From positions 1-48,000 of the forward strand of contig JAKLZA010000279.1 in the NCBI GenBank assembly GCA_030704615.1: 48,000 nt of DNA, in the 5' to 3' direction. Below the pieces are notes generated by a model that saw only the letters and a program-made list of their open reading frames with translations, ran no database searches and was not told where the DNA came from. Position numbers and translations under genes: made by a program. This document shows, piece after piece, positions 1 through 10,890 of this stretch. Position 1 is the stretch's first letter, and every line of letters starts with the position of its first letter. This DNA comes from Takakia lepidozioides. Its lineage: Eukaryota > Plantae > Bryophyta.

Positions 1-555
1 CATGTTAATTCACATACGACGGTTAGAGAGGGAAACGGTTAGAACCGCGGATAGGAGGATAAAGGGAGAAACGGGGAATGAAGAGGGGATTATGATTCGG
101 GGAGGGAGGATTTCGGAGTGAGACGGGAGCGGAAGTCGGTGAGCACGATGAGGAGGAAAGAGGATTAGTAGATGCTTGTTATATGCAAAGTTGTAGGATA
201 TTGTAGAGGAGAATAGAGACACAATGGCTTCGGCCTGATACCTGATAAATCATAATCTGATACTTATACGATACAATCACACTGTGTAGAGAGATCTGAG
301 TGAAGCTGTGGATTGAATGGAGGAGTGAAGGAAACCGATAAATTGATGAAGCAAACTGATACTTAATTATCAATGGTAAGGTAGCTAAGATGAATGCGGA
401 AAAGGAAACAAATAGGAAACACCCCCATGATACACTAGCTGTAGGTCATGACTGATTGTTCTGCGCGGGCTGAGTACTTAGAGATTTCCAACTCTTCTAT
501 CTTGGAGTTTCCGCCTTGAATAGCGAAGGGATGGGTGAGTAAAAGCCGCGCGACA
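1..555 (+). repeat. Gypsy LTR (3' part, cut by window edge)
   Basis: Same sequence as 23812-24352; ends GCGCGACA followed by TT and the PBS. Confidence 0.85.
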
Positions 556-1143
556 TTTGGCGACCATACTGGGGACCTGGGACATGAACAACCAGATGTG
601 ACAGGCATCTGGTGGGATCATGGTGGTTGGACCATTAAAGAATTTGAAGTGAATCAAATTCCCTGTGGAACGAAGGAAGAAAGATTGTCCAAACAATTCT
701 TTCAAAGGTTCTTGGAATTGCCAGACGGATGTAAAGAAAATATTCTTAAACGAGTGCATGATGCTGATCCAGAATGGGGTCTGGAGAAAGGAGTGATAAA
801 GATTTATCAGGTAGCCTGTAGAGGAAGAGCACGTTGGTTACCAACATTAGTTTATGTGATAGCGTTGCTATCCATTAAACGAGTAGAGTTTGAAGGCTGG
901 GAAGAAAGAAAGGTGAATGTTTATACTCATATGCATGAAGAGCTTGTACTGGTAAAGAATTGGATTCCAAAGGATATTTTGTGGATCAAACTCACACCAA
1001 GAACAGCTTTTCAGACTTGTTTGCCATATGGTTATATGGTAACGGAGACTTCAAGTATAGCCAAGGGTGCATTGAAGCTTGAAAGAAATCCAGGCATATA
1101 CGAGAGATATTACAGAAGAGAGTTTTGGTTATTGCCACATTAA
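448..1143 (+). pseudogene. Extra 5' ORF (ORF0) of the gypsy element, copy 1; in-frame TGA at 517
   Basis: ATG at 448 is in frame with ORF 535..1143; codon 517-519 is TGA here and CGG in the other copies. Confidence 0.55.
558..575 (+). promoter_or_regulatory. Primer binding site (TGGCGACCATACTGGGGA, resembles tRNA-Arg-type PBS of Tat/Ogre-like elements)
   Basis: TGG-initiated motif 2 nt after the LTR-terminal CA; repeated at 12631, 24355 and 36115. tRNA identity is inferred. Confidence 0.75.
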
Positions 1144-1164
1144 AAGAAATGAAAGACATGGGAC

Positions 1165-4100
1165 ATGAGTGATGAAAGAAAGCTAGACGACAAAGATATT
1201 CATCAAAAGAGAAAGCTATCTGAAAGCTAATTATCCATATCTTTGGGAGAGAGGAATAGACATAGGGGAATCATCTGGACCTCTCACACCATCAAGATCA
1301 AAAAGTGCATCACCTATACCGAAGAACTAGAGTTGGATGCCACTCCTTCTGTTTCTTTGCAAGAAAGATTAAGGGAATTGGTACAGGAAGAAGATCAATC
1401 ACGAGGTGAAAGATCTGAGGTACATCCTTGGATAAAAGACTTGACAGAAATCTTTGATAAGAGTTGGCATGGAACACCAAAAGCAGGAACTCCAGTTTCT
1501 GAAGCAGAAGATGAAGAAGGAGATGAGGATGTGGCAGAGCCAACGGAGAGTTCAGACTCTCCAACACCATTACAGTTGAGTTACATGAGTGAAGAAGAAA
1601 CCCAAGGGCAGAACTTGGAGGATGAAAACGGAGAGAAGAAATTGGAAGAGGAAGAATATGAAGAAGTAGACCCACAGCTGAGGTTGAGACTACAACCAGG
1701 ACATCCCAACCCGTTGGACCTGGATCAAGTGGAGCACTTAGATCACAGGCCAACGAAGGTGTCGCTCAGGGGGATCAGGCGGGCTGCCTGGATCTGGCTC
1801 TGGGGGACAGGGAGTGTGGGAAGTAGTGCAACTGAAGCTGGGAATACTGTGAATATCGTGGGGCCAGAAGCAGGGAGTGCTCAAGGGCCACCACTTGGTG
1901 GAAGATCCACCACAAAAACAACAGGTCCAGAAGGACCAGCACCAGCAAGGGTGCCAGCACCTGTCAGTGGGCAGAAGGTAGGGCCACAGATGGCGTTACA
2001 ACCAACACGGCAAAACCACCCTTTCCAATATATTCAGGAAAAGGGGATCCCGATGTACACATTAGCCAATTTGAGCACATGTGTATAGTGAACAATGAGA
2101 ATGGCGATGATGCCAAGATGAGACTGTTTCCTTGTTCACTTATCAAGAAAGCAAGTGAATGGTATGCAAGATTCCCTGATAATCATTTCCTAACCTGGAA
2201 TGGCTTGAATACAGCATTTCGAAATAGGTTCAGGACAAGTAAAACTGAGGATGAAGTGTATGGAAGTTTACAACAGCTGAAGCAGAAGAAGCATGAAACT
2301 GTTGAAGAGTATATGGAGAAGATGGAATTGATGATGAAAAAGCTGGCTGCAGTACCAGCACCCGGTTTACAGAAGACTTGGTTTGTGAGTGGACTAAGAC
2401 CAGAGTTGCAGAAGAAAGTGGATATGTTTACCCCATAATACAGTGGAGGAGGCATTTGAAACTGCAAACAGAATTGAGCAATTGGGAATGCTCAGGAGAG
2501 AGAAAAAAGGAAGATGAGGACTCTGAAGATGAGTCAGATGAAGAAGAAGAGCAAGAACTAAAAAGAAAGAGTAAGAGAAAGGAAAAGTTGAAGAGGGATA
2601 ACTATGAGAAAAGATTGGAAGAAATCTTGAAGAAGTATGCCACAGAGGCTGCAACACATTGGAGGAAGGGTGTATGGTGTGCAAAGTGCCAGAATGAAGG
2701 CCATACCACTGCAGAATGCCACATGAAGGAGAAACACTGTACTATCTGTAAAATGGATAACCATTCTACTGAGAATTGTTACTACAACAGAAGGACAGAT
2801 GCAAGAGAACCTAGGCAAGTGAGGGTGCATCAGGTGCAGCCCCAGCCAAGAAGAAGCAATGATCAGGACCACTATGGTAGGTCTGGTGGTTATAACAATG
2901 GCATGGAAGGGAGAGGTAATTCAAGAGGGAATTACCAAGGAAATTCCAGAGGCAACTATCAGGGTAATCCAAGGGGAATTACCAGCCCGGGAATCAGGAT
3001 TATAGAAATAATCCAGAACAGACCAAGGGCGAGGACCCAATGGTGAAGAGCTATGTTACTATTGTAATCAGCCAGGACATCGCAAGGCAGCCTGTTCATT
3101 CTGGATAAGACACCAGAATGAGATGAGAGCTCCTTGAATGAGGGCCCAGTGGTGGCAGCTCACATGGTTAGGCCATGTGTTGTACCAGAAGTAAGTACAA
3201 TGATAGTAACAAGAAGTAAAGCCAAACTAATACCTCCAGTAGAAGAGGAAGAAGATGAGACTGGAAGTGGCAATGATATGCCTGAAGATGAAGAGACTTG
3301 GAAAGATGAGAAGGAACTGCACAAGGAAGTGGCAGATACTATAAGGGAAATGCAAAAGAGTATGGATATTCCTGTGGCAGATTCCTCTGATTCGGATGGA
3401 GAAAAAGAGGGAGTGAGGAAGAAAGGAAAAAAAAAATGCAGACATGCAAAGTAATGAAGAGACTTTGGCTGAAGTAATATGTCAGACCAAAGCAGAAATT
3501 ACCATTGGACAGCTATTAGCTGTGGCACCTTATTGTAGGCACAGGCTGTATCAAGCAATCAACCGAATTGCCCAAGAGACAGGAAACACAGACCTGAACA
3601 GCAAGGTGACCAGTTATAATGTGAAGCCGGAAGGGCGAGAACCAGTCATGGACTTTGATGATTCTATGCCAGTAATCCAATTGAGAATTGGAAGCACAGA
3701 ACTAACTGATGTACTGATAGATGGTGGTTCTGGAGTAAATATCATGACAGACCAATTAAGGAAGAAGCTTGGTCTAAGTAACATGAAACCAGCCCCATTT
3801 ACAGTAACAATGGCAGATCAAAGAAGTGTACAGCCATTGGGATTAATAAGAGGAGTTAAGATACAGATACAGAAAATGATCTTTATGATCACAGTAACTG
3901 TATTAAAAATGGATGAAGTCATGGAGGCTTACTCCTTATTATTGGGACGTCCGTGGCTGAAACAGGCCAGGGTATTCCATGACTGGAATTCTCAGTTACT
4001 AACTGTGCATCATGGGATGCACGAGATACAAATTACCACAAAGAAATCTAGTAGATTACCTGCTACAAGAAGACCTCGAGGAGTCAGAGAGTATGACTGG

Positions 4101-4702
4101 AGGGGAGGACTGGATGAGGAGCAGGAAGCTACCCTATTTGCTGCACACCCAGAATGGGCAGGTTGCGGAGATGCGGCTGGAAAGCCTAAGTTGTTTAAGA
4201 GGTATCTGCTGTGGTGTAGTGTCGGCAACACCAATTGAAGAGGAAACCAACTGTTACCCACCACATTTCTATGAAGAAAAGGAGGGAGAGATAGAAATCC
4301 TAGAAGAACCAGCCACTGTGAGCTTAAAGGATGAAGTGGTGACTGGTTGGACAATCACAGCTGATGAGCAGGTGAGAAAGTAAATGTGGGAACTCAGGAG
4401 GAACCGAGAATGGTGAAAGTAAGCTGATTTGGAGCCGGAGTTCTTCGAAGAAGCTAAAAGCTTGTTCATCAAATACAGAGATGTATTTGCTTGGAGCTAT
4501 GAGGATCTAAAAGGGATACCACCTGAAGTCTGTCAGCATAAAATTGAACTGGAACCAGGGTCAGTACCAATCAAGCAGGCGAGGTATAGAATGAATCCCA
4601 ACTACGCACAGAAGGTTGGAGAAGAGATAAAGAAGTTGGCTGAGGCTAAGTTTATATACCCAATAGAATATACAACTTGGTTGTCACCCATTGTTATAGT
4701 TC
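1165..4702 (+). pseudogene. gag-protease-RT start, copy 1, truncated by the nested element
   Basis: Gag (AKMRLFPCSLIKKASEWY), CCHC knuckles, protease LIDGGSGVNIM, RT start FIYPIEYTTWLSPIVIV broken at 4702. Confidence 0.9.
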
Positions 4703-5242
4703 TGTAGTGTGAAAAAGAAGGGGCGTGAATCCCCTTCTGGTTAATCCTAAATCTGTACTCCTCCTACTCGTCCTGTTGAAGTATCAGGGCAAAGGAAAGG
4801 AGCGTTCTCTTTTCTGTCCAACCATCGTCATGAGGCTATATGGGTTTTTCCTTCAGGTTCGTTCGTGATCAGAGTTTGCGGAATCCTCATCCACGCCGCA
4901 GCGGAAGAGAAGACATGGATGGGAGTCTTTGGTTTGTTCTTGCCCTCGTTCTACTTCTATGCAACAGCCTGGCCCTATGCTCACTGCGCCAACAGTGTTG
5001 GCGTGATCTTTTATGTGATGCAAGCAGCCCAATGGCAGCGGTGAATACGACCCTTAATGTGAACCCCCTTGAGCAGTGACATGTCGGAAATCCCTTTTTG
5101 TAATGGTGACACAGATTTAGAGGGAGACAGCTCAGATCTTCATAAACTGCAGGGGCACTGGTTTTCCTTCAGGATTCATGCTTTCTTCATCTCAATCTCC
5201 CCAAGTTGGCCATCCCCCCATCAACCCTTTTTGCTGAGCAGC

Positions 5243-5280
<38 letters not shown>

Positions 5281-6946
5281 CCTTTTCTCGTCTGTTTCTC
5301 TATCTCTGTCTATGTCTACAGGCTCCTTACTTCTTCACATACAGCCCATCTATCACGTAATGCAAATGCACACTCCGCCAGGCATCCAGTGCAGCCAGCC
5401 ATGAAGTCATCCTTGGTCTCACAAGGCAAAACCATCCCTTTCATCAGTCTCTCTATCTCTCTCTCTCTCTCTTCTCTCCGTCAATACTCAACCCTTCACA
5501 CTACCCCTTTCTTTTAAAAGATCCCATTTCCCAAAACAGCTCTCATCCCTTCTTCAGATTCAACCTGAATACCCAACATCTCTCTTTTCCTTTCAACAAA
5601 AGGGCTTAAGTCGTTCATATCCTGATACAATGCTGAAATCACACCTTATCCCTTTTGTGTTTTCATACAGTTCCAGCTAACCCTCAGTTATCTCTCCAAG
5701 CAAACAAGCTATATCTACATTGGGTCCAGTGTATCACTACCCCCCCCCCGCAGCATTGTGTGCAGGTTTACAACACTGAAACAAGAACAAGAATGAAGAC
5801 AACAGTGACCATTCTGTTTTCTGTGACAACAGTCTCTCTCTCTCTCTCTTCACTCATTTTTCTTACTGACACTACGACGGCAGGTGTATCCATTCCTTCC
5901 ATGTTCTGGTTTGAAGTCCAGAGTCTCCATTCCATTTCCAAAAACCTTTCCTCTATCACATGTCTCCACCCTTTCCTTTCAACAACCAGGGCAGTCCTAA
6001 ATCTACCAAAAGCGATTTCTAAGTCCACCCCAAAGAAGAAGCCCACAGTCTACCAACTTATCTGTTTTTATCCTCCAGTGAAGCGGTGGGTCAGCCTGCC
6101 GAGATGGCACCTCACCATCGCCTGTCAGCAGCCACCACAACCTTTTCTCCTTGTCTTGATTCCAGAGTTTATCATGCCATGATGTCTCCTCATCATCCTA
6201 TGGAGCATCCTGTGGTTTGCCAACTAAATTGCTCTATTCTTCTATGCATGTAGCTCTTTAAGAACTGAAATGGACCTATAGCAAGAAGACAAAAAGGCAG
6301 CTAGAAGCCTGATTACAGATAACCTGTGTTGCCATCCAGCCAGCACTCCACATGCCTTATCACCTCCATTGATTGTGCTCAGATTCTCTTCCTTGTGCTT
6401 CTGGCAGGTGGCCGTTCTCCTTGCTTGCTCATCTGCCCATAACTGTCATCTTCAAGACAGTGGCGGCAGCGGTGGTGCGCCGCTCTCCTTACATGCTCCT
6501 ATCTCCATGAATTGATCATCACAACGAGAAAGACGGCACCGCTTCCCTTTACACAGAATACCAAGCAGAGGCACTTAATGCTGCCCTCTAAACCAAGCGA
6601 AGTCCCACAGCGCAGGTACAACCTCTCAACACAGACTGCCCTGTCAACACCACAGCTCGCGGCAGCTGCTACGAATCGCCCGTCACCTTCCTCTTCGTTT
6701 TTTCTTCCTCGCGGATTTTAGGTTGAGCATCAATGACGAAAACGTTCATCGCATGGATGAAAAATGCATGGTCACGACTTAGCCATTTTTATTTTGGCAA
6801 CGCATGAGTACAGTATGCCCACAAAATTACCTGTATGGAGGGATATATCCCTCTTGCAGTTGGTATGAGGGCCCTCCCATTATAGTGATGCAGGGTCTTA
6901 ACGGTGAAGCCAAAATGTAATGTCACTCCCCTGCATTCACACTACA
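4703..6946 (-). repeat. 3' LTR of the nested element
   Basis: 4714-6946 is near-identical to 10321-12553; plus 11 terminal bases (4703-4713) that are absent from the other LTR. Confidence 0.93.
5245..5277. repeat. (CT)n microsatellite inside the LTR (second copy at ~10855-10886)
   Basis: Direct inspection; further CT tracts at ~5447-5478 and ~5833-5850. Confidence 0.9.
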
Positions 6947-6957
6947 TATGTAGTGTG
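6938..6957. other. Perfect 20-bp palindrome CACACTACATATGTAGTGTG at the PPT/3' LTR junction (two att-like ends back to back)
   Basis: Sequence equals its own reverse complement; each half matches an element terminus. Confidence 0.9.
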
Positions 6958-6968
6958 TCTCCCTTTTT
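6958..6968 (-). promoter_or_regulatory. Polypurine tract AAAAAGGGAGA of the nested element
   Basis: Purine run overlapping the ORF stop codon, 11 nt upstream of the LTR-initial TG. Confidence 0.8.
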
Positions 6969-9900
6969 AAGTGTCAGGGTCCTCACTGACCACCTTCACT
7001 GGCTGACCACCCACTGGTGGTATGAATGGTTTCAAATCTCGCCTACTTCTTACCCATTCCTTGTTTGCCCCATCTCTTAGCCTGCATTTGCGTGCAGCTT
7101 CCCTTCCAGGATCATAAGGTACTCCCAACAGGTACATTGTGTTAATTCCCCTTCTGTTTCTGCTCCAGATATCTTGGAGAGGTCCGTTCATAATATTGTT
7201 TTTGATTGTCATGCCTTGGCCTTCAGCAAAGGGAAACCCCTCTCTGCTCATAATCTTCATGGCCACTTCTGTCTGGCTGGTGCGAGCAGGGTTGTTCTCA
7301 AACTGACACCACCACCTGGTTTCCATGCAACTCATCATGCCAATTTCATGGCCTTCTTCCCTGGCCACAGTTTTCGTGCTCCATCCCTGAGCTTGCATCG
7401 TCGTCCAGCCTCTCTTATTTAAGTGACAGTGTCCCGGCTGTCCATTTGTTCCGCCGGCCAGAGCAAGTCCAATTTGTGACAATGCCTTCTTCCTCTTCTT
7501 GTAGTTCATGCCAGGCAGGTCCTGATCTCCTTCCCATACAAACCAGCGTTTCCCAATTTTGATGTTGCTCCCTGGCTCCTTGTTTTGAATCTCAGCTACC
7601 ACTTGTGCTCCCATCGACACTTGCACCTTTCGTACTGCCTCATTTCCTGCATGCAGGTTGTCCTCAACAGCAGGCTGCAATTTCATTTGCATTGTTGGTG
7701 GCAAGTCATGGGCAACCCTTTGGTTACCATGCCTTCCTTCTTCCCTTTCAACCAGCCTGCCCTCTTTAAGAGATTCAGGGCTGGTGTATGCCTTGCAAGT
7801 AGAAGTGATCGTGACATGGGTAGGCTTCATAGCCTCCCACATCAACTGCCCATCCATCTCCTGAGCCTGAATTTCACAACCATGCTGGGCATATCCTGAA
7901 ATCATTGCACTCCATGAGAGCAGATTGGGTGGCATACCTTCCTGCTCCATTTGTTCAAACAGTTGCAGGGTCTGTGCTTCAGAGCCATGCTGGGCATAAC
8001 CTGCAATCATTACTCTCCATGGCCCCACTTTTCTGTGAGACATATTGTCACACACATGTTGTGCATTCATGCTCCCACGTTTGGCATACCTGTCAACAAT
8101 GGCAGTCTCCATAATGATATCTGGTGCAATACCAGATTTGATACTGTCACCATGGACCTCTTCGCCTTTTACCCGGTCTGCCAGGTTCGCACATGCATTC
8201 AACACACACAGGAACGTCACCTGTTTGGGCTTCTCTCCTTCATCTCCAGCATCTGCCATGAGCTGCCTCCCATACAAGACATGCAGCTCCTTCACTTTAA
8301 TGCTTGAGCTTGCACTGAGCATTCTCAGATGTCCTCGTGTACCCGGATCCCATACCCTTTGTTGGGCATAGTTCATTGGCTGACCTCTGAACGTTATCAG
8401 GTCAACCAGGGTCTTCTCAGCAGAAAGGCCAACCTTCTCTTTCTGATCCCTATGCATCCTCTCCATCCCAAGATGCATCTCTCTAAGAGAGTCAAACTTT
8501 GCTGCTAGTTTCCCCATTTTCCACAACAAGAGTGTTGAACCGTGAGAAGATTTCAAATCTTTCTTGTGAACGGTACTCAAATCTCCCATCCTTTGTTTTG
8601 TGGGTGGGAATTCAAGTTTCCTTGTATCAACATCTACAGTTTCAAGGGCTGGAGAGACACTCTGGCTTTTGGCACGAACTGGTGATTTCAGCGGACTCAC
8701 ATCTGATCCCAAGTTGTCATGCAAGCTGATGTCTCTTGTGCACTCAACCAACATCCACTTAGACATACCATCTTCCTTGTCATCCTTCTCATGTGCTATA
8801 TTGGTCGTATGTCCTCCTTTACTTGAGTGTTCCGAACTCCTTTTGTATTCAGGTTCATTGTCCTCCTTTGTCTTGCATTGCGCACATCTCACTCCTCCCA
8901 TTCCCAATTGGTGTCCACATGTGTGTCTTTCTTTACACTCCATATGACCCTTCTTGGATGAACAAAAGGCAGTGACCTGCCCATCTACATAGCATTGGTC
9001 GTCCAACTGAAACTTCCTACTTCTGAACTCTTCTTCACTCAATAAATTTTGACCACACAACCCTTGCACGTTGTCGTTGATGACATCAAGATTTCTGTAT
9101 ATTGGTGTGGTGGCGGTATCATGATCAAGACAATCATCCCTTGCTTCTAACTCTTGCTTGGTTCCACATTTTTTCCGCATGTCTTGCTCTATCTCCAACT
9201 GTGCATCCTTTATGTCTGATTCCAGAGGTGCATCTTGATCCAGACCCTTTCTCGTTTGAGCGAGCAATGTACACTCTTCCTCTACCCATCCCATCAGATC
9301 TGCCCAAGACTCCTTGTCATCTTCGTCTCTCAAGACACTCACTTCACAGGTTGTACCACTAATCCTTGGTGAGTTGGCAACACTATGCCCATACTCCCCA
9401 AGCATGTCTTGATCTACATGTGCCTTTGTAGAAGACCTTAGGATCTGCACAGGAACTTGCAACCTAGGTGCACTCTCTTCATTGACACCTGATTGACTCT
9501 CTGTTGAACAAAAGATATCTTCCAAGATCTCTTCTTCCACATCACAAAACACATTCACAACGTTTGTGCCAAGAGAGCTTACACATTCGAATTCCATCCT
9601 TCTGCTGCTCTTCGACTCCCATTGTTCCAACATTTCACAGCCTGAATCTTGCATTCCACATGTTCCCATTTGCAGCCCCAGCCGGTGATTCTTTTCACTT
9701 CGGATCTGATTCTGTCTTGATGGACATGCAGTGCAACACTCTACTTGCTGCCTTGTTTTGTTCAAGTTGAGAACTCGAGGAAGCATTGCAGGGACTTCAC
9801 TGGTGTGGTTCTTCTCCCTAAAGCACCTCCGTGACATTGTTTTGTGATCTGGTATAGGTTTATGATCAATAGAACTCACAGGTGTGAACCTGTTGTGCTT

Positions 9901-10251
9901 ATCCTTCTCAATCAGAGATAATTTCTCTTCCATCCCTGTAACAGACTCTTCCACATTGGTATCTATCTCATCAAACTTCCTTGCTAACATCACTTCATTC
10001 TTACTTGATTGATCTTCTCCTCCAAATTTCAAGATTATGGCTACTTGAAAATCATGCCAGTTCATGGACCTTGGTTTTTGCATTCGATGCCAAGTGTCAG
10101 CCCGTGCCTTGAGATTCAGCCTTGCCGATATAAATAACTTGTGCTCGTCAAAGCTCCTCCTCTCACCATCCCTTTTCAGATTCTGGATCCAGCTGCAAAC
10201 ATCCTCATCCTTCTTTCCGTAAAATGGAATGTTAGTCACCATTGCTCGCAA
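6967..10251 (-). CDS. 1094-aa Gag-like protein fused to degenerate PLS-class PPR repeats
   Basis: N-terminus FYGKKDEDVCSWI...ARLNLKARADTWH...WHDFQVAIILKF resembles retrotransposon Gag; VTFLCVLNACA, TAIVDRYAKRGS, WRVMIAGYAQHG and SWSAMISGYAQHG are PPR motifs (~7750-8250). Confidence 0.8.
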   Translation of the reverse strand: MRAMVTNIPFYGKKDEDVCSWIQNLKRDGERRSFDEHKLFISARLNLKARADTWHRMQKPRSMNWHDFQVAIILKFGGEDQSSKNEVMLARKFDEIDTNVEESVTGMEEKLSLIEKDKHNRFTPVSSIDHKPIPDHKTMSRRCFREKNHTSEVPAMLPRVLNLNKTRQQVECCTACPSRQNQIRSEKNHRLGLQMGTCGMQDSGCEMLEQWESKSSRRMEFECVSSLGTNVVNVFCDVEEEILEDIFCSTESQSGVNEESAPRLQVPVQILRSSTKAHVDQDMLGEYGHSVANSPRISGTTCEVSVLRDEDDKESWADLMGWVEEECTLLAQTRKGLDQDAPLESDIKDAQLEIEQDMRKKCGTKQELEARDDCLDHDTATTPIYRNLDVINDNVQGLCGQNLLSEEEFRSRKFQLDDQCYVDGQVTAFCSSKKGHMECKERHTCGHQLGMGGVRCAQCKTKEDNEPEYKRSSEHSSKGGHTTNIAHEKDDKEDGMSKWMLVECTRDISLHDNLGSDVSPLKSPVRAKSQSVSPALETVDVDTRKLEFPPTKQRMGDLSTVHKKDLKSSHGSTLLLWKMGKLAAKFDSLREMHLGMERMHRDQKEKVGLSAEKTLVDLITFRGQPMNYAQQRVWDPGTRGHLRMLSASSSIKVKELHVLYGRQLMADAGDEGEKPKQVTFLCVLNACANLADRVKGEEVHGDSIKSGIAPDIIMETAIVDRYAKRGSMNAQHVCDNMSHRKVGPWRVMIAGYAQHGSEAQTLQLFEQMEQEGMPPNLLSWSAMISGYAQHGCEIQAQEMDGQLMWEAMKPTHVTITSTCKAYTSPESLKEGRLVEREEGRHGNQRVAHDLPPTMQMKLQPAVEDNLHAGNEAVRKVQVSMGAQVVAEIQNKEPGSNIKIGKRWFVWEGDQDLPGMNYKKRKKALSQIGLALAGGTNGQPGHCHLNKRGWTTMQAQGWSTKTVAREEGHEIGMMSCMETRWWCQFENNPARTSQTEVAMKIMSREGFPFAEGQGMTIKNNIMNGPLQDIWSRNRRGINTMYLLGVPYDPGREAARKCRLRDGANKEWVRSRRDLKPFIPPVGGQPVKVVSEDPDT

Positions 10252-10308
10252 ATCACTCTCCTATCTTGCTACACTAAATCCTACATTTCCCGGATCAAAG
10301 ACCGGCCT

Positions 10309-10320
10309 GCTCTGATACCA
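10309..10320 (-). promoter_or_regulatory. Primer binding site, tRNA-iMet (TGGTATCAGAGC)
   Basis: GCTCTGATACCA on the + strand, directly abutting the 5' LTR. Confidence 0.95.
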
Positions 10321-10851
10321 AAAGAAGGGGCGTGAATCCCCTTCTGGTTAATCCTAAATCTGTACTCCTCCTACTCGTCCCTGTTGAAGTATCAGGGCAA
10401 AGGAAAGGAGCGTTCTCTTTTCTGTCCAACCATCGTCATGAGGCTATATGGGTTTTTCCTTCAGGTTCGTTCGTGATCAGAGTTTGCGGAATCCTCATCC
10501 ACGCCGCAGCGGAAGAGAAGACATGGATGGGAGTCTTTGGTTTGTTCTTGCCCTCGGTTCTACTTCTATGCAACAGCCTGGCCCTATGCTCACTGCGCCA
10601 ACAGTGTTGGCGTGATCTTTTATGTGATGCAAGCAGCCCAATGGCAGCGGTGAATACGACCCTTAATGTGAACCCCCTTGAGCAGTGACATGTCGGAAAT
10701 CCCTTTTTGTAATGGTGACACAGATTTAGAGGGAGACAGCTCAGATCTTCATAAACTGCAGGGGCACTGGTTTTCCTTCAGGATTCATGCTTTCTTCATC
10801 TCAATCTCCCCAAGTTGGCCATCCCCCCATCAACCCTTTTTGCTGAGCAGC

Positions 10852-10890
<39 letters not shown>

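Noticed and set aside
4840-6721. Short ORFs in the nested element's LTRs
   Set aside because: No recognisable domains; several run through microsatellites; they are duplicated only because the LTR is.
7750-8250. Independent host PPR gene
   Set aside because: Embedded in frame in a Gag-initiated ORF between PBS and PPT; only a few degenerate motifs, with no targeting peptide or E/DYW domain.
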